From: Eledone cirrhosa
Taxonomy: Eukaryota
Direction of reading: 5' to 3'
NCBI GenBank assembly: GCA_964016885.1
Contig: CAXHJY010000967.1
Coordinates: 62,001 to 126,000 of the forward strand
Length of the DNA: 64,000 bases
Shown here: one piece after another, positions 1-13,193 of the stretch
Numbering within the stretch: the first letter of the stretch is position 1
Layout of the letters: the number at the start of each line of letters is the position of its first letter
Made by a program: the position numbers and the translations under genes
The notes under the pieces: generated by a model
Seen by the model: the letters and a program-made list of their open reading frames with translations, nothing else
The model's database searches: none
Told to the model about the DNA's origin: nothing

Positions 1-3000
1 TTACTTAACATTGTGGAATATGTGGTGAGGATTGTTTTAGGAAAGCTAGTATAATGGAAATTAGAAATATAAGAGTGAAAACAAGTAAAACAGTTCAACT
101 TTTACCTTTATTTTATATTACAGGGTTTCTATTTCCTTTCATTGAAAAAGAGATCCTAACCCTGAAATATCGGATAAAAATGTAAACTGTTGCTTTGTTT
201 TGTTTGTCTTACTTTACTCTAGTTTTTGCTCCTGTATTTCTAATTGGTATTGGACTGGTGTTCCCAAAACAGACAACTTTCAAATTTCTTTATATTATGT
301 GTCAACTTCTAAATTTGACAAACTTTCTCTCATTGAAACTCTCTCTCTCACACACACACACACACACAAAACACCCATATGCACACTCAAAATACATAAC
401 CAATAAAAGCTGTGAAGCTTCCCAACAATTGGTCTCTCAGTCTGCCTACAAGAAAATCAGTAACAAAGATACTGATGTTATATATACAAATGATAATGAG
501 TGTATGACAATGATTACATAATAACAATCTTCACAGTCCTTCAAATGTTAAAGGGAATCTATGAATATAGAATGGAGGCAGTGTATAAACAATTTCTATG
601 GTTAGAGAGCATATTTAATGAGTTAGCACTACAACATTTGACATCAGAACAAAATTATTTATGCAGTATATATATATATATATATATATATATACCCATG
701 GTAAAAAATAAAATCCTATTTTACTGGCTGGTGAGTTAAAAAAGTTTGTCAACACCAAAATTGGTCAGTGACTTATTAGGCCAAAGTAAAATCATTCAAA
801 ACTGATTTCTCACTTAGGCTCAAGACCACAATTCTACAGTTGAGAGGAATGAGATACTGTGATAGTGATATTTATGTCTCTATCTAGAAATGGCATTAGC
901 AGTATAAATGAAGAACACTGAAAGCCTCCCTGGGAGCTTATTTCCTATCCTATGATACTCATTTACTGGTTCCAGTAACTGGGCTGTAGCCATGTTGGAT
1001 ATCTTTACACTGATATGATACAACACTTCCAAAGAATGAATTAAAATGACCAATGAAACTATGATGAAAATATAATTCATACATGTTGATATCCAATTAT
1101 TACCAATATTATTATTATATAAATATAAGAAATCATTATGATTATTATCATTAGTATTGACATTATTAGCACTGTTACATTACTAAAGCTGAAGTTTATA
1201 GATTTGTGTGTGCTACATTTCTAGATAAACACCTGGTTATTAACTCTAGTTCTTTCATTATGTATAATTAGGCCTGATAGAGTAGAAGCAGGCTTTTCCA
1301 AATAGAATATGAAGACATTGCAATCAAGGGGTGTCAAATAAACAATTAAAACTTTCCTTTAAAATAGAAACCAAGGAAACTTGTAATGGTTTAAATCAGC
1401 AATAGTCTTGCTCAAAATGTCAGAAATTGATTCATGGTACATAAACTTATTTTATGAATTTCATCCAATTTTCAGACTTATTTAACAACTCAAGAATGGA
1501 AATTGAACCAAACATGATGTCCAATATTAAAATTAAAAACTGAAACCAATATATTAAAAGTTATAGAGACTTATTTAACAAAACCAAAATTGGAATTCTT
1601 TAATACAAGATTGTATGTACTTGATTGCTTTCTATTAGTCAATCTATGAACAAATATGTCTATCTTCACACACTCAATTAACAGTGTCACTCTAAATTGA
1701 AGGATATAATTATAAATTGATTTAAATAATAGTATGGCCTAGTAAAAAGTTACAACAGTGATTTCATTAGTTGATGTTTAAACAATGTAGTATATAAAAC
1801 ATTAATAACTGCTAAATATAGATAAGAAATTAATCTATTACTATAATCAATTTAATACAACTTTAATATAGAAAGTAAAAAAAAAAAAAAAAAAATAAAT
1901 ACACCTTATTCTTATCCTTAAAAAGTTAAGGTTCAACATGTGAGAATATTTTGTGTGTTTAAAGCAGAAATAAAAAAATGGGTAACACTTTACCACTTAA
2001 AGGATTGTGTAGTTGAATGCATTATGAGCTATCAGCATTAGGGATCACAAAGAAAGCTCAGTTTACAACAACAATAACAACAAGAAGATGAACAACATTA
2101 GGAGTGGCATTAAGATGTGGGTTGTGGAAGAATATTATTTCTTTTCTTTCGGTATCCTGGTATTGGGGAGAACAAGTGTAGACCTCAATATGGGATCAAG
2201 GTATTAAGATTGTAGAGCAAACAGAGCTTCAAATATCTTTTGCTCCTCTTCCCAGTACACACTTCCAAAAACTGGTTATGGAATTTTAAAAAAAATTAAA
2301 AATTAAAATACATTTTAAAATGTCAAAAGAAAAAGTGAGGCAGTCAACCTATCACATTTTTAAGCAGAAGGCAATTAAAAAATAAACAAACAAGTTCTCT
2401 CTCTTTTTTTTTCTTTTGCTTTCTGTTGATTTTTTTACACACTAGTGTATCACTTTGATGTGCATGTACACCTGCTGATACTGATTGACGCAACAGATGA
2501 TGTACTAGAAAACATCAGTTATCATAGTTTATGAAAAAAAAAAGTTTGTAATTCATTGTAATTAGATGCAGATCCCGATTTTATGAGAAATGTTGCATTT
2601 CTGATTTGTTTACATTGATAAATCATTGTTGAAAATATACAGAAAAATACATACAAAAAATAGAGCAGTGTTTTTCCTTATAACCTTAGTGTTGAGGAAA
2701 TAAACTAAAGATAGGCTTCATGTTGAAACCAACTTTAGGTTAGGTTTAATGTTTTTAATGAATTTAGTAAAGATGCTTTCAGTTATATTTCTCTTTCGAT
2801 TTCTTTATATCTTATTCTCCACTTCTATAGCAGTGTTTTCAACTTCACAACAAAAGTTGCCAAAATTAAACCCACAATGGCAAACAAGGAGAGAATCGAT
2901 TTCCTTTACTACAAGTTTCAGATACCATAACCAGTTCTGAAAAGCTGACCGAATGAAAAGTCAGGAGATTTAAATGAAGAGAAGTGGCGAAAAGGTTGAG

Positions 3001-3305
3001 AGGGAAGATTACAACATATGCTCATGTAAAGAGGAATAATGCAAATATTCTTTTTTTTTCTTTTTCTTAAAAAAAAACAAACAAAAAAAACAAAACAGGA
3101 TTAAAAATATGAAAGAAAAAAAAAAAAAAATCTCATGTATTTTTTTGTTACATCACAAAATAAATGCACCCTTAATTATTAGGCTGCGGGGGTGCAAAAA
3201 CAATAATGATAACATTAATAATGCTTTTATGTTGTACCACAAAAGGATAAATCCAAAGCAGTTAGGTCCCACAGATGATGATGATGACAATAATAACATC
3301 TTACA

Positions 3306-3338
<33 letters not shown>

Positions 3339-4193
3339 TGTTTCTACTTTAGGCACAAGGCCAGCAATTACCCAGTGCATTACTGGTAATAATAATAATA
3401 GTAATTCGATTCAAGAAAGTTATTGGTAAATAATATAAAGAAATAAAATCATTTTAAAATTTTGTACCATCATCATGTCTATTATTTTAAATTCTGCTTT
3501 AATTTCACCTAAATAAGAGGGAGCTAATGTTACATTTACTTCTTTTGCCAACATGATCATTAAGAGGCGTAAAAATGGTGACAACCAATATAAGCAACAG
3601 TGACATTGCCACAAACATTAAGCAATGCTTACTGAAAACAACAAGTAAGAAACTTTGTCTGTGCTTATTCAAAAGTAACTGCAAGTTTATTAGCATGACC
3701 TCTTTAGCATTTCATTCAATTACTTACAGAAGAGGAAGCTAATAAAAAGGTTCAATATTATTAGAGAGGGAGAGAGAGAGGAAATGTAAGTTTTTTTTTT
3801 TTTCATTTTATATTTCATTTAATAACTGTTGTACAAATCAATATTGTGAACACATGACAAGTGATTGGAACAGAAATACAAACTATAACAGAGGTCAGTT
3901 TGTTTTATTGACTACATAAACAAGGAACAAGGCAGTCAGCAGCCTAACCTAGATTTGTGCGGCTCTCCTTCAAAATTAATTGTTGATCAGCATGTGTCTA
4001 ACACAGGCTGAACAGGGGAGATAGCTAGGAAAGGACTGCAGAATTAGAGAGCAATAGAAATTGTACAATGAGAAAAAAACAAACAAACCTATTTTAGCAT
4101 TTAAATACAAAATTATGATAATGATGATAACAGGAAGTTTATGTGTGTGTATATATATATATATGTATTTCTTATACATATGCATATCTATAT

Positions 4194-4472
4194 ATTGTTA
4201 TATTGAGGATGGTTGTGTTGCCAATTTTGCCAATAAAAAGACGTCTGACTTCCACTTCAGCTTTATTAGTTATTAGATATGTCGTCAAAGCTCATTCATC
4301 ACTCGGAGTGAACAGAATAAGACCAACAGATAGTCACTGAGGAGGTCACAGAATGTGTGACAAAAGAGTTTGGAGAAAATAACCAACTAATAATAATAAA
4401 ATTGAAGTGAAAGTCCAAATACCATGAGTGTTTTTATTGGTAAAATTGGCAACATTACCATCCCCAAGATAT
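4194..4472. mobile_element. MITE-like element with ~45-bp terminal inverted repeats in TA context
   Basis: gatggttgtgttgccaattttgccaataaaaagac versus gtgtttttattggtaaaattggcaacattaccatc. Confidence 0.75.
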
Positions 4473-4489
4473 ATATATGTATGTATGTA

Positions 4490-4635
4490 GGCGGCAAATT
4501 GGAAGAGTCATTAAGACATTGGATAGAATGATTTGTGGTATTCATTCCGTCTCTCTGTTCTCTGAGGTCAACATTGCCTTTCATCCATTCGAGGTCAATA
4601 AAAAAAGTACCAGTTTAGTACTGGGGTAGATTGTT
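4490..4635 (+). mobile_element. Old SINE family A relative (similar decayed copies near 26500, 27190-27370, 60180-60330; tail fragment 3335-3390)
   Basis: gcctttcatccattcgaggtcaataaaaaaagtaccag. Confidence 0.65.
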
Positions 4636-5053
4636 CCTCAATATCTCTGACTTTCATTGTCTCACTCTCTATCCTTCTTGATAAAAGAAATCTGCAGTAT
4701 TCAGACCTGGAAGAGATGGGTTGTGACAGGGTTAATAATGTCCTAGAAGCACTGTATGCCAATACGCCGCCCATATGACTCTTTCAGGAGTTACAGGACC
4801 ATGCATGCAGATATATTTATACACATATATATATATATATACATCATCATCACCGTTTAACATGATATATATATATATATATATACATATCATCATCATC
4901 ACTGTTTCCATGCTAGCATGGGTTAAACGAATTGTCCCGTTGTGACACAAGCCAGATCAGATGACTACTGTGCCTTGCTCATACAGAACTGAATATATAT
5001 ATATATATAATATTATACATATATATATATATACAATGCATATATACATACAT

Positions 5054-7462
5054 ATGGAAAGTATGGCGGGATGGGGGAAGTAGAGAGGACTATCAAGTGG
5101 CCAGGAGGGAAGCTAGGAGACAAGTGTACTTAGCAAGAAGGGAAGCTGAGGAAAGAAAGTTCAAGCATGTTCTACAACGCGATGACCAAAAACGTGAGGT
5201 GTTCAGGATTGCTAGGCAATGCGTCAAGGAAAACCGTGATATTGTCGGGGAGAAGTGTGTACTAAACGACGATGGCACACTTGCCATCACCGACGCTGAT
5301 AAGAAGGTAGCTTGGAAGTGTCACTATGAAAGGCTACTAAATGAGGAGAATAAATGGGAGAAAGACAGTCTCCCCCATATCGACCCAATAGAGGACCAGC
5401 AGTGTTAGTCGAGGGGAGTATAATAAGTAAGGCAATCAAGGATATGAAGACGGGTAAGGCGGCTGGGCCTTCGGAAATAGTTGCTGAGATGCTGAAGGCA
5501 TCTGGCACGGTGGGACACACCATGGTCACCCGCATAGTTAACCAAGTCGTACAGAATGGGGTTGTTCCGAAGGACTGGCATAGCAGCATCATCGTTAACT
5601 GTTATAAGGGTAAAGGAGACGCCCTAGATAGGAGTAACTATAGAGGCATTAAATTAATCGACCAGCTCATGAAGGTCACGGAAAAAGTAATAGCGCAACT
5701 AATCAGAGAGAGAATTGACCTAGATGAAATGCAGTTCGGGTTTGTGTCAGGCAAAAGTACCACAGACGCTCTTTTCATAGTACGACAACTACAGGAGAAG
5801 TACCTAGCTAAAGGTAAACCCCTCTACTTAGCTTTTGTCGACTTGGAGAAAGCCTTCGACAGAGTCCCCCGCTCCATTATCTGGTGGGCTCTTAGAAAAC
5901 TAGGCGTTGACGAATGGCTTGTGAGGGCTATACAAGCCATGTATAAAGAAACAGTCAGCAAGGTTAGAATTAACAACGAATATAGTGAAGAGTTTAGCGT
6001 AAAAGTTGGCGTCCATCAGGGCTCTGTTCTCAGCCCACTACTATTTATTATTGCCCTTCAGGCTATAACAGAGGAGTTCAAGACAGGCTGCCCATGGGAA
6101 CTCCTATACGCAGACGACCTGACACTCATAGCGGAATCAATGGCCGAGCTAGAGAAGAAATTCCAAACATGGAAGCACGGCCTAGAGTCAAAAGGACTTA
6201 AAATTAACCTGGCTAAGACCAAAGTACTAGTTTGTAGGAAAGAAAACAAGGCGGCGGTCCCTTCTGGGAAATGGTCGTGCTCGGTGTGTAGGAAAGGCGT
6301 AGGTAGAAACTCCATTTTATGTCCTAAATGCAAAGTATGGGTGCATAAAAGATGTAGTGGGATCACAGGTAAGCTAACTAAGAACATAGATTTTACATGT
6401 GGCCGGTGCTCTGGTGCAATAAGTAGCAGCAAGTGCCCACAAAATACTAGCTCTTTCAATTGCGCAGAGGGTTCTATAGAAATAGTGGACAGCTTCCGTT
6501 ACCTGGGCGATAAAATCAGCAGTGGGGGAGGGTGCTCTGAAAGTACTGTAGCTAGAGTCAGAACTGGGTGGAAAAAGTTCAGAGAGCTTATACCACTATT
6601 AGCTGCTAAAGGGTTCTCACTAAAAATGAAAGGCAGGTTGTACGATGCCTGCATACGAACAGCAATGCTGCATGGCAGTGAGACCTGGGCATTGTGTGCA
6701 GAGGATATACGCAGACTAGAGAGGAACGAAGCTGGCATGCTCCGCTGGATGTGTAACAGTAATATACGTGAACGGCAAAGCATAAATGAACTAAGGAAAA
6801 AATTAGAGATAAGAGGGATCAGATGTTGTTTACTCGAGAGAAGGCTACGTTGGTATGGACACGTGATGCGCATGAAAGTCGATAGCTGTATAACAAAGTG
6901 CAGGGCAATAAAGATAGACGGTAGTCACGGAATAGGCAGACCTAGAAAAACCTGGGACGAGCTGATAAACTCCGACATCACACACTTACACCTCTCCAAG
7001 ACAATGTCACTGGACTGAGACCTTTGGCGGTACTCAGTAACAGAGAAGACCCGCCTTACCTAAATATATAGTAAAACCTACTCCAGCCAGTAGGCATCTC
7101 TAACAAAATACACCCCGTCCCACCACCACCACCCCCACCCCATCCACACCACCCCGTTCTATGTAAAGTTATGTTGGTGCCGCGCCATCGAGGCCGAAAC
7201 AAATGAGATCGTGTAAGTGTCACGACAAAAAACACACAGTCCACGCTGTAATGTGACCGTGTAGGCAACACGGTAAAAACCTCCCAGACCCACACTGTAA
7301 ATGTGGTTGGTGTTAGGAAGGGCATCCAACTGTAGAAAACCTGCCAGACAGTCCTATGCGAGCAAGACAATCACTCTTGCCTCAAGTGGGACTACCCCTG
7401 TCCAAACCCATGCAAGCGTGGAACACGGACGTTAAACGTTGATGTTGATGATGATGATGATG
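5054..7462 (+). mobile_element. RTE-clade LINE, 5'-truncated, young copy (RT + PHD-type finger + 3' UTR + (GAT)n tail)
   Basis: RT motifs FVDLEKAFD, GVHQGSVLSP, LYADD, FRYLG. One frameshift near 5392 joins ORFs 5097-5408 and 5354-7018. Premature TGA at 7016-7018 (CGA in the sister copy). Flanked by (TA)n. Confidence 0.95.
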
Positions 7463-7465
7463 TAC

Positions 7466-7502
<37 letters not shown>

Positions 7503-7705
7503 TATACACACACACCCTAAAGCAGGATTTTCACAAGATTCCACTTTAGGGTCAAAGCAGAAATTCTTTGCTTAAACTTTTAATCTGTGCTAATAATAAA
7601 TATTTGCTCTATGAGTTTATATATACTTATATATATATATATATATATATATATAACCCTTATCGAGTCGTCTCTGGATTTTGGTCTTTCTATTTATTAT
7701 TACTG

Positions 7706-7745
<40 letters not shown>

Positions 7746-7749
7746 TTAC

Positions 7750-7801
<52 letters not shown>

Positions 7802-8993
7802 TGTGTGTTTTATTAATGATGAGAAAAATCTGCTCTCAAAAAAATCCACCTGATTGAATATTTGAAAATACCTAAGTATCAAGATATGATCACTGTAATG
7901 ACCCTGGTATGATGAATGAGAAACATTTGGAACACAAATTAATAATATATATATTATCAATAATAATAATAATAATAATAATAATGTCACTGAACATGAT
8001 AAATGTGAATCTGTTGATTATGTTACCATTTTATCTTATTTTTTTTAGACAATGATGATGATAGCAAATGAGGCCTAGCATATATGGTGTTGGAATAAGG
8101 CATTGATTGGACATGAAATCTTCCAAAACAGTGATATCTGAAATGATTTCTTTACTTATCTGTAAGCTACTGTGAGATCACTCTACTAATAAAATTCCTC
8201 AAATTTACTTACAGAAATTGGTCTATACCTGCCTATCTGGCATGAGAAGCATATGCTGAATATTCTTGGCTAATAGACCAATCTCTGAAGCCTTATTAAT
8301 AGAAAACAAACAAATAATAAAAAATAAAAGAAAGAAAATTGGTAACACTTGGTCTGTGGTTATTTTCCATCTCCACTAACCCACTCAAGGTATATAAAAT
8401 CAAGAGAATATTTATAATTCAGAAGCTTCATTTTAATAGTTCACTAAGAACTAATAAACTAATATTCTATTCCATCAATTGAATGAGAAGTGGGTATTTG
8501 ATTTTTAATTCAAAGACACAAAACAAAAATTTAAATAGAAAAAAAACAAAAAAACCTCTTGACTCTCCTGAAATAAAAGTAATTAAATATTTTAAAAATC
8601 TGCCAAACATAAAACTACTGTGTTTATTTATTGAAAAATATCTAGTTCATGGGTAATCTAAAACTTAAAACTTTTGATACTAAACTGCCTAAAACTGTCC
8701 TGGATACAAAACTGCTAATTTTAAAATGTTTATTTTACATTATAATTTTATTTTAGAAATTTTTGTCAATTAATGTTCTAAATATAGGTTTATTAATGAA
8801 AAACTTAGTTATTTTATTAAATTCCTCCAAACATTTAGTTACTTTCAAAATGAATTAGAAGATATAGGCAGTGTATTTCATTAGAAATTTGGTAATGCAA
8901 CGATTAAGGAGGTGAGGCACTATTAAAAAAATATTTACTTAACAATGCAAAATGTTTCATTAACATTAGAAATTTTTGCTAATCTAGAAATAC

Positions 8994-9104
8994 CTAGCAT
9001 CACTTGGTTTGTAAGTTTATCAGAGAAGGTGGAGCATTGCTCATGACCTTTGCAGGCCCACTCAGACTGCTGAGATCGATGTGGTGAGGTACAGTTTGAA
9101 ACAT
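8994..9104 (-). other. Candidate downstream exon (111 nt, phase 1 to 1, open frame)
   Basis: T-rich tract plus ctaacag acceptor; AG|GTATTT donor; GC-richer island; reads VSNCTSPHRSQQSEWACKGHEQCSTFSDKLTNQVML. Confidence 0.35.
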
Positions 9105-9140
9105 CTGTTAGTCAATATTCACAGCAAAAAGTAGAAAAGA

Positions 9141-9175
<35 letters not shown>

Positions 9176-11255
9176 AATGGGCAGAGAAGGAATTTCAATC
9201 TTATAACCAAAGATTTTTTAAAAACAAAATCTCATGATTTTTGTTTCTGATAGAGATATAAAGAATCCTAAGAATTAAAAAAATGTTTCCAATTGAGTTA
9301 AAGAGTTAATTATATCTTGATGTTGCTATAATAAACTGGGTTTAATGTTATACTTGAAGACAATCAATAATATACATCATGCAAAGCTGAATGAATAAGG
9401 GATATTTATACGTCACAAGTTGGAAACCTAAGTCAAGATTACAAAACAAATTGAATCAAGACAATACAGTATCAAGAGAACAAAAATATTTTGTGGTCTT
9501 ATATTAATTTCATCATTAATTTTTCCAGCTCAGTAAATATTTTAGAGCAAACTAACTTAATGCAAAGTTACTTTTGAATTAAAAGCACTGATATCCCTCC
9601 TTAACAGAGAAGAAAGATTCCTCTGGGTTTATGCCTTGACTGATATATTCAAAGATATATATCTCTAATGTTTGTATTTATTAAACATTTTCATAGTCAA
9701 CTTTCCAAAAAACAGTAATTATTAATGTTTAAAGATTTATTTATTGCAAAAAGAAATACCTAGATTGTTTTATTAACAGATGAGGACTACTTTGACCCTA
9801 GGTTGTAGGAACATTGCATACATGTGGACCATAGTATTGGGTGCAATTTGTAACGTAAGATTAGCTAGATTATCAAATGTCAGAAGACCATTTCTGAATA
9901 CTTTGTCAATATTTTGGAAGATCCACAAAATGAACAGGTCAAACAATATAGTGTTGATTTAATGAAGCTATTTGAAAGAATGGATGCTTATTATGCTTCA
10001 TTTGTGCATGGACTTTTCAAATAGTGAAGTCACTCATATGTTATGCTGAGGGATAAAAGATAAATCAAGTGAATGTACATTAAAAAAAAAGCAACTGATA
10101 AGCAATATGTTGATGCTCCCCATATTAGATTTGGCTAAGATGATATTGTAGAGACACTTCAACAGAGAACATGCATGAAGATTTAACTTGCATTCTTTGA
10201 ATAGCAAACACATGGCCTAATCCATCAGAAATTAAGGTCTTTGGTTAGATATGCCAAACATCTCCAATCACAAAAATGTATGAATTTCCAAAAGCAATCA
10301 AACTGTTAAAAATATTGGAGGACAAGTACCACCCAATGATGAAGAAATAACCAAAAGTTAAAAAAGTAACATAAAAAGCCCATTACATGAAAAAAGAGTT
10401 TTTACAAATGGTTTTAAAACAATGACATTGACTGCTTGAAATAACTAAAGATAAAGATGGGTTACTCCAAAATGATCTCATAATTGGCCTGAAACATTTT
10501 GGAAGATAATATTAGGACATAAACTAATGCCCAACCAGTCTAATAATGAAGCAAAATTTGCTCTTGATTGGATTAACAAGATTTTATATTTATTATTAGA
10601 TTGCTGTATACTAGTTCATTTTATATATAATTTACTTTTGTAGTTTTGAGTGGAGATACTAGTAAGAGACAATGGTTTAATTTTCAGATTCTTTAACTTC
10701 TTGATGACTATCATCACTACCATTCTGTTTTGTATTAAAAGTCAAGAAATTTCTATTAAAATCAAAAACAATATATGAACAATGCCACTGACAGAAAAAT
10801 TACTCCTCAAATCATGTAAAATAAGGTTAATGAGAATAGTAGATTATTGAAGCACTAATGACCATTTTCCTAATTGTAGACTAAACTGTACTTAGAAAAA
10901 TGGATGGTATTAAGAAATACCATTTTGTAAAATATTTTCCTCTTGTAGATCTCAACAGACAATATTTCCTTAATGGTCCTTTACCAGATGTCTATGTTAT
11001 GAAAACATTTTACATTTACAACTCATCACTTTCTGATAGAAAAGCAAATAGGTAACTAATTGAAACCAACTAAAGAGCTGAGGACATCATAAAACTGTAG
11101 AACATTAAAATTTGTACAACTCTATTTTCATAAGTAATAATTCATACCAGCAAAACTATAATTGCAAATTACTTATATCCCTGCCACACAAGATAAAACT
11201 AAGCTAATTTAGAATTCAAGGGAACAATTCATAGATTATTATTTACACATTTGGT

Positions 11256-11478
11256 AGAGCGGTGGATTGGTGGTATCAGTAGAGGTTCGGTCACCATGCT
11301 TTGCAGCACAGAGTTACGGCCCTTTACGATCTGAGTTCAAATCCCACCGAGGTTAACTTTGCCTTCCATCCTTACAGGGTCGATAAATAAAGCACCAGTA
11401 ACGTACTGGGGTCGATTTAATCGATTTCCCCCTCCCCCCAAATTACTGGCCTTGTGCCTATATAAGAAACCATTATTT
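11256..11478 (+). mobile_element. tRNA-derived SINE family A, full length, with 18-bp target-site duplication
   Basis: A-box-like head, B box gagttcaaatccc, central gccttccatccttacagggtcgataaa; TSD attatttaca(c/t)att(t/c)ggt at 11238-11255 and 11472-11489. Confidence 0.9.
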
Positions 11479-12340
11479 ACATATTCGGTGGTTTATCTTC
11501 ATTATCTTCTCAAAATAAAAAATCTGGAATGCAGTTAACAAGTATGCAAAATAAACCATAAATACATAAATAGATTTCAGAAATTAGGAAAATATACAAT
11601 TTTTATGAAATAAATGACTATATTTAGAGTAAATAAATCTCATATTTAATTTTTGATAAAGCATGTGACCTTATGTGAGATCTGCAAAATGTCTGCAACA
11701 AAATACACTCAAAAAGTATTTATCACCATCATTATTAATCTTAGTATTAATCCTACCTGTCAGGAGTAATTCAAACTCTGAGGAAGAATCTTTGAGTAAA
11801 TACATTCCTCTTCTTATTGCACGTGTCCCATTGTTTCTCAAGTGACACACGTTTAAATTAGTCACACCATACCAAAAAAAACAATACTGACAGTACACAG
11901 TGACTGAGAAGAGGAGAAATATCAACTCTGTTGCAGAAATGACAGCAATTATGTTTCCTGACTGTTTATAGCAACATGATGGTTTCTCTTACACTTGAAG
12001 AAATGACTTTACAAAAGATTAAATATGGCACTTGTTACTGGTAAATATACAAATAACAAGGTGAATGGTTATGAAAATATAATTTTCCCCAAATATAAAC
12101 AAACCTATATGTACAAAACGCATGCACAAACTCACAAACACATCCATTCACACAGTAAATAGAAAATTTATGATATATTTGTTTTAATACAAATGAAATA
12201 ATTCTCTGACTTGAAACCAAAAATCAGTGAACTTAGATTTCATAATTTAACACTGATCATTAAAACAATCAATGATTTATACATGTCTAACACACACTAA
12301 CCAATAGCATAAACATAACTACATTATATATATATATATA

Positions 12341-12514
12341 TCATCATCATCATCATCTTCGTTTAACGTCCATCTTCCATGCTAGCATGGGTTAGACAGG
12401 AGTTGTCCTACTTGAGGCAAGGTTGGTCGGGTGACCGTGTCTCGCTCATATAGGACTATCTGGCAGGTTTTCTACGGCTGGATACCATTCCTAACACCAA
12501 CCACATTTACAGTG
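12341..12514 (-). mobile_element. RTE 3'-UTR-only insertion ((GAT)n tail)
   Basis: Matches 7290-7462. Similar stubs at 4905-4990(-), 22133-22288(+), 29131-29312(-), 48975-49088(+), 63535-63582(-). Confidence 0.8.
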
Positions 12515-12637
12515 ATATATGTGTGTGTGTGTGTATAGTGTGAGAGACGCTCATCCATATTAAGAAGAATCGTAATCTCTTTCAAAGTATCTTTGCCTAT
12601 CCCTTTAGTGGATGCTTTGAAGATGATTGCCAATGTT

Positions 12638-12679
<42 letters not shown>

Positions 12680-13193
12680 TAGTTCAGCTTCTTAATGTAT
12701 ACATATATATACACACATATATATACATATATACACACACACATACATAGGTATATACATACACATGCATATATGTATGTATATATATACATATATGTAT
12801 GTATATGTGCGCGTACATGTATAAATATATGTATATATATATATATACACACACATTCATATTCATACATACATACACACACTTGTTCTTTATATATATA
12901 TATATATATGCAACAATAAATTTACATATATCATCATAAAGCAATATATACAGAATTGAAAATATATTTCAATACCTACACTACATACCTAATGTATGTT
13001 ACATATTTTACATCTGTAATGAATGTCTTATTAAAATTATTACATTCTTTTATTTGCCTTTCTTTGATTCTTTGATAAAATATAGCCAGCTGCACAGTTT
13101 GTAACATAATATATACAAAACATTTTTCTTAAAAGTGATAAATATATACAAAAGCTACATGTAATTTCATATTGATATGGTTCAAATGATAAT

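Noticed and set aside
880-1080. 66-aa ORF with a hydrophobic N-terminus
   Set aside because: Expected by chance in AT-rich DNA; no homology recognised and no supporting gene structure.
4285-4372. CTGAGGA plus GTCACA/TGTGAC stem resembling a hammerhead inside the MITE
   Set aside because: GAAA is replaced by AAAA, there is an extra base before stem II, and no proper UH cleavage site or stem I.
6058-6873. Antisense ORFs over the RTE (also 5287-5592, 55018-55392)
   Set aside because: Shadow frames of the RT coding sequence.
11660-12040. Possible further minus-strand exon(s); ORF 11671-11925
   Set aside because: Several AG/GT options but no recognisable homology or uniquely supported frame.
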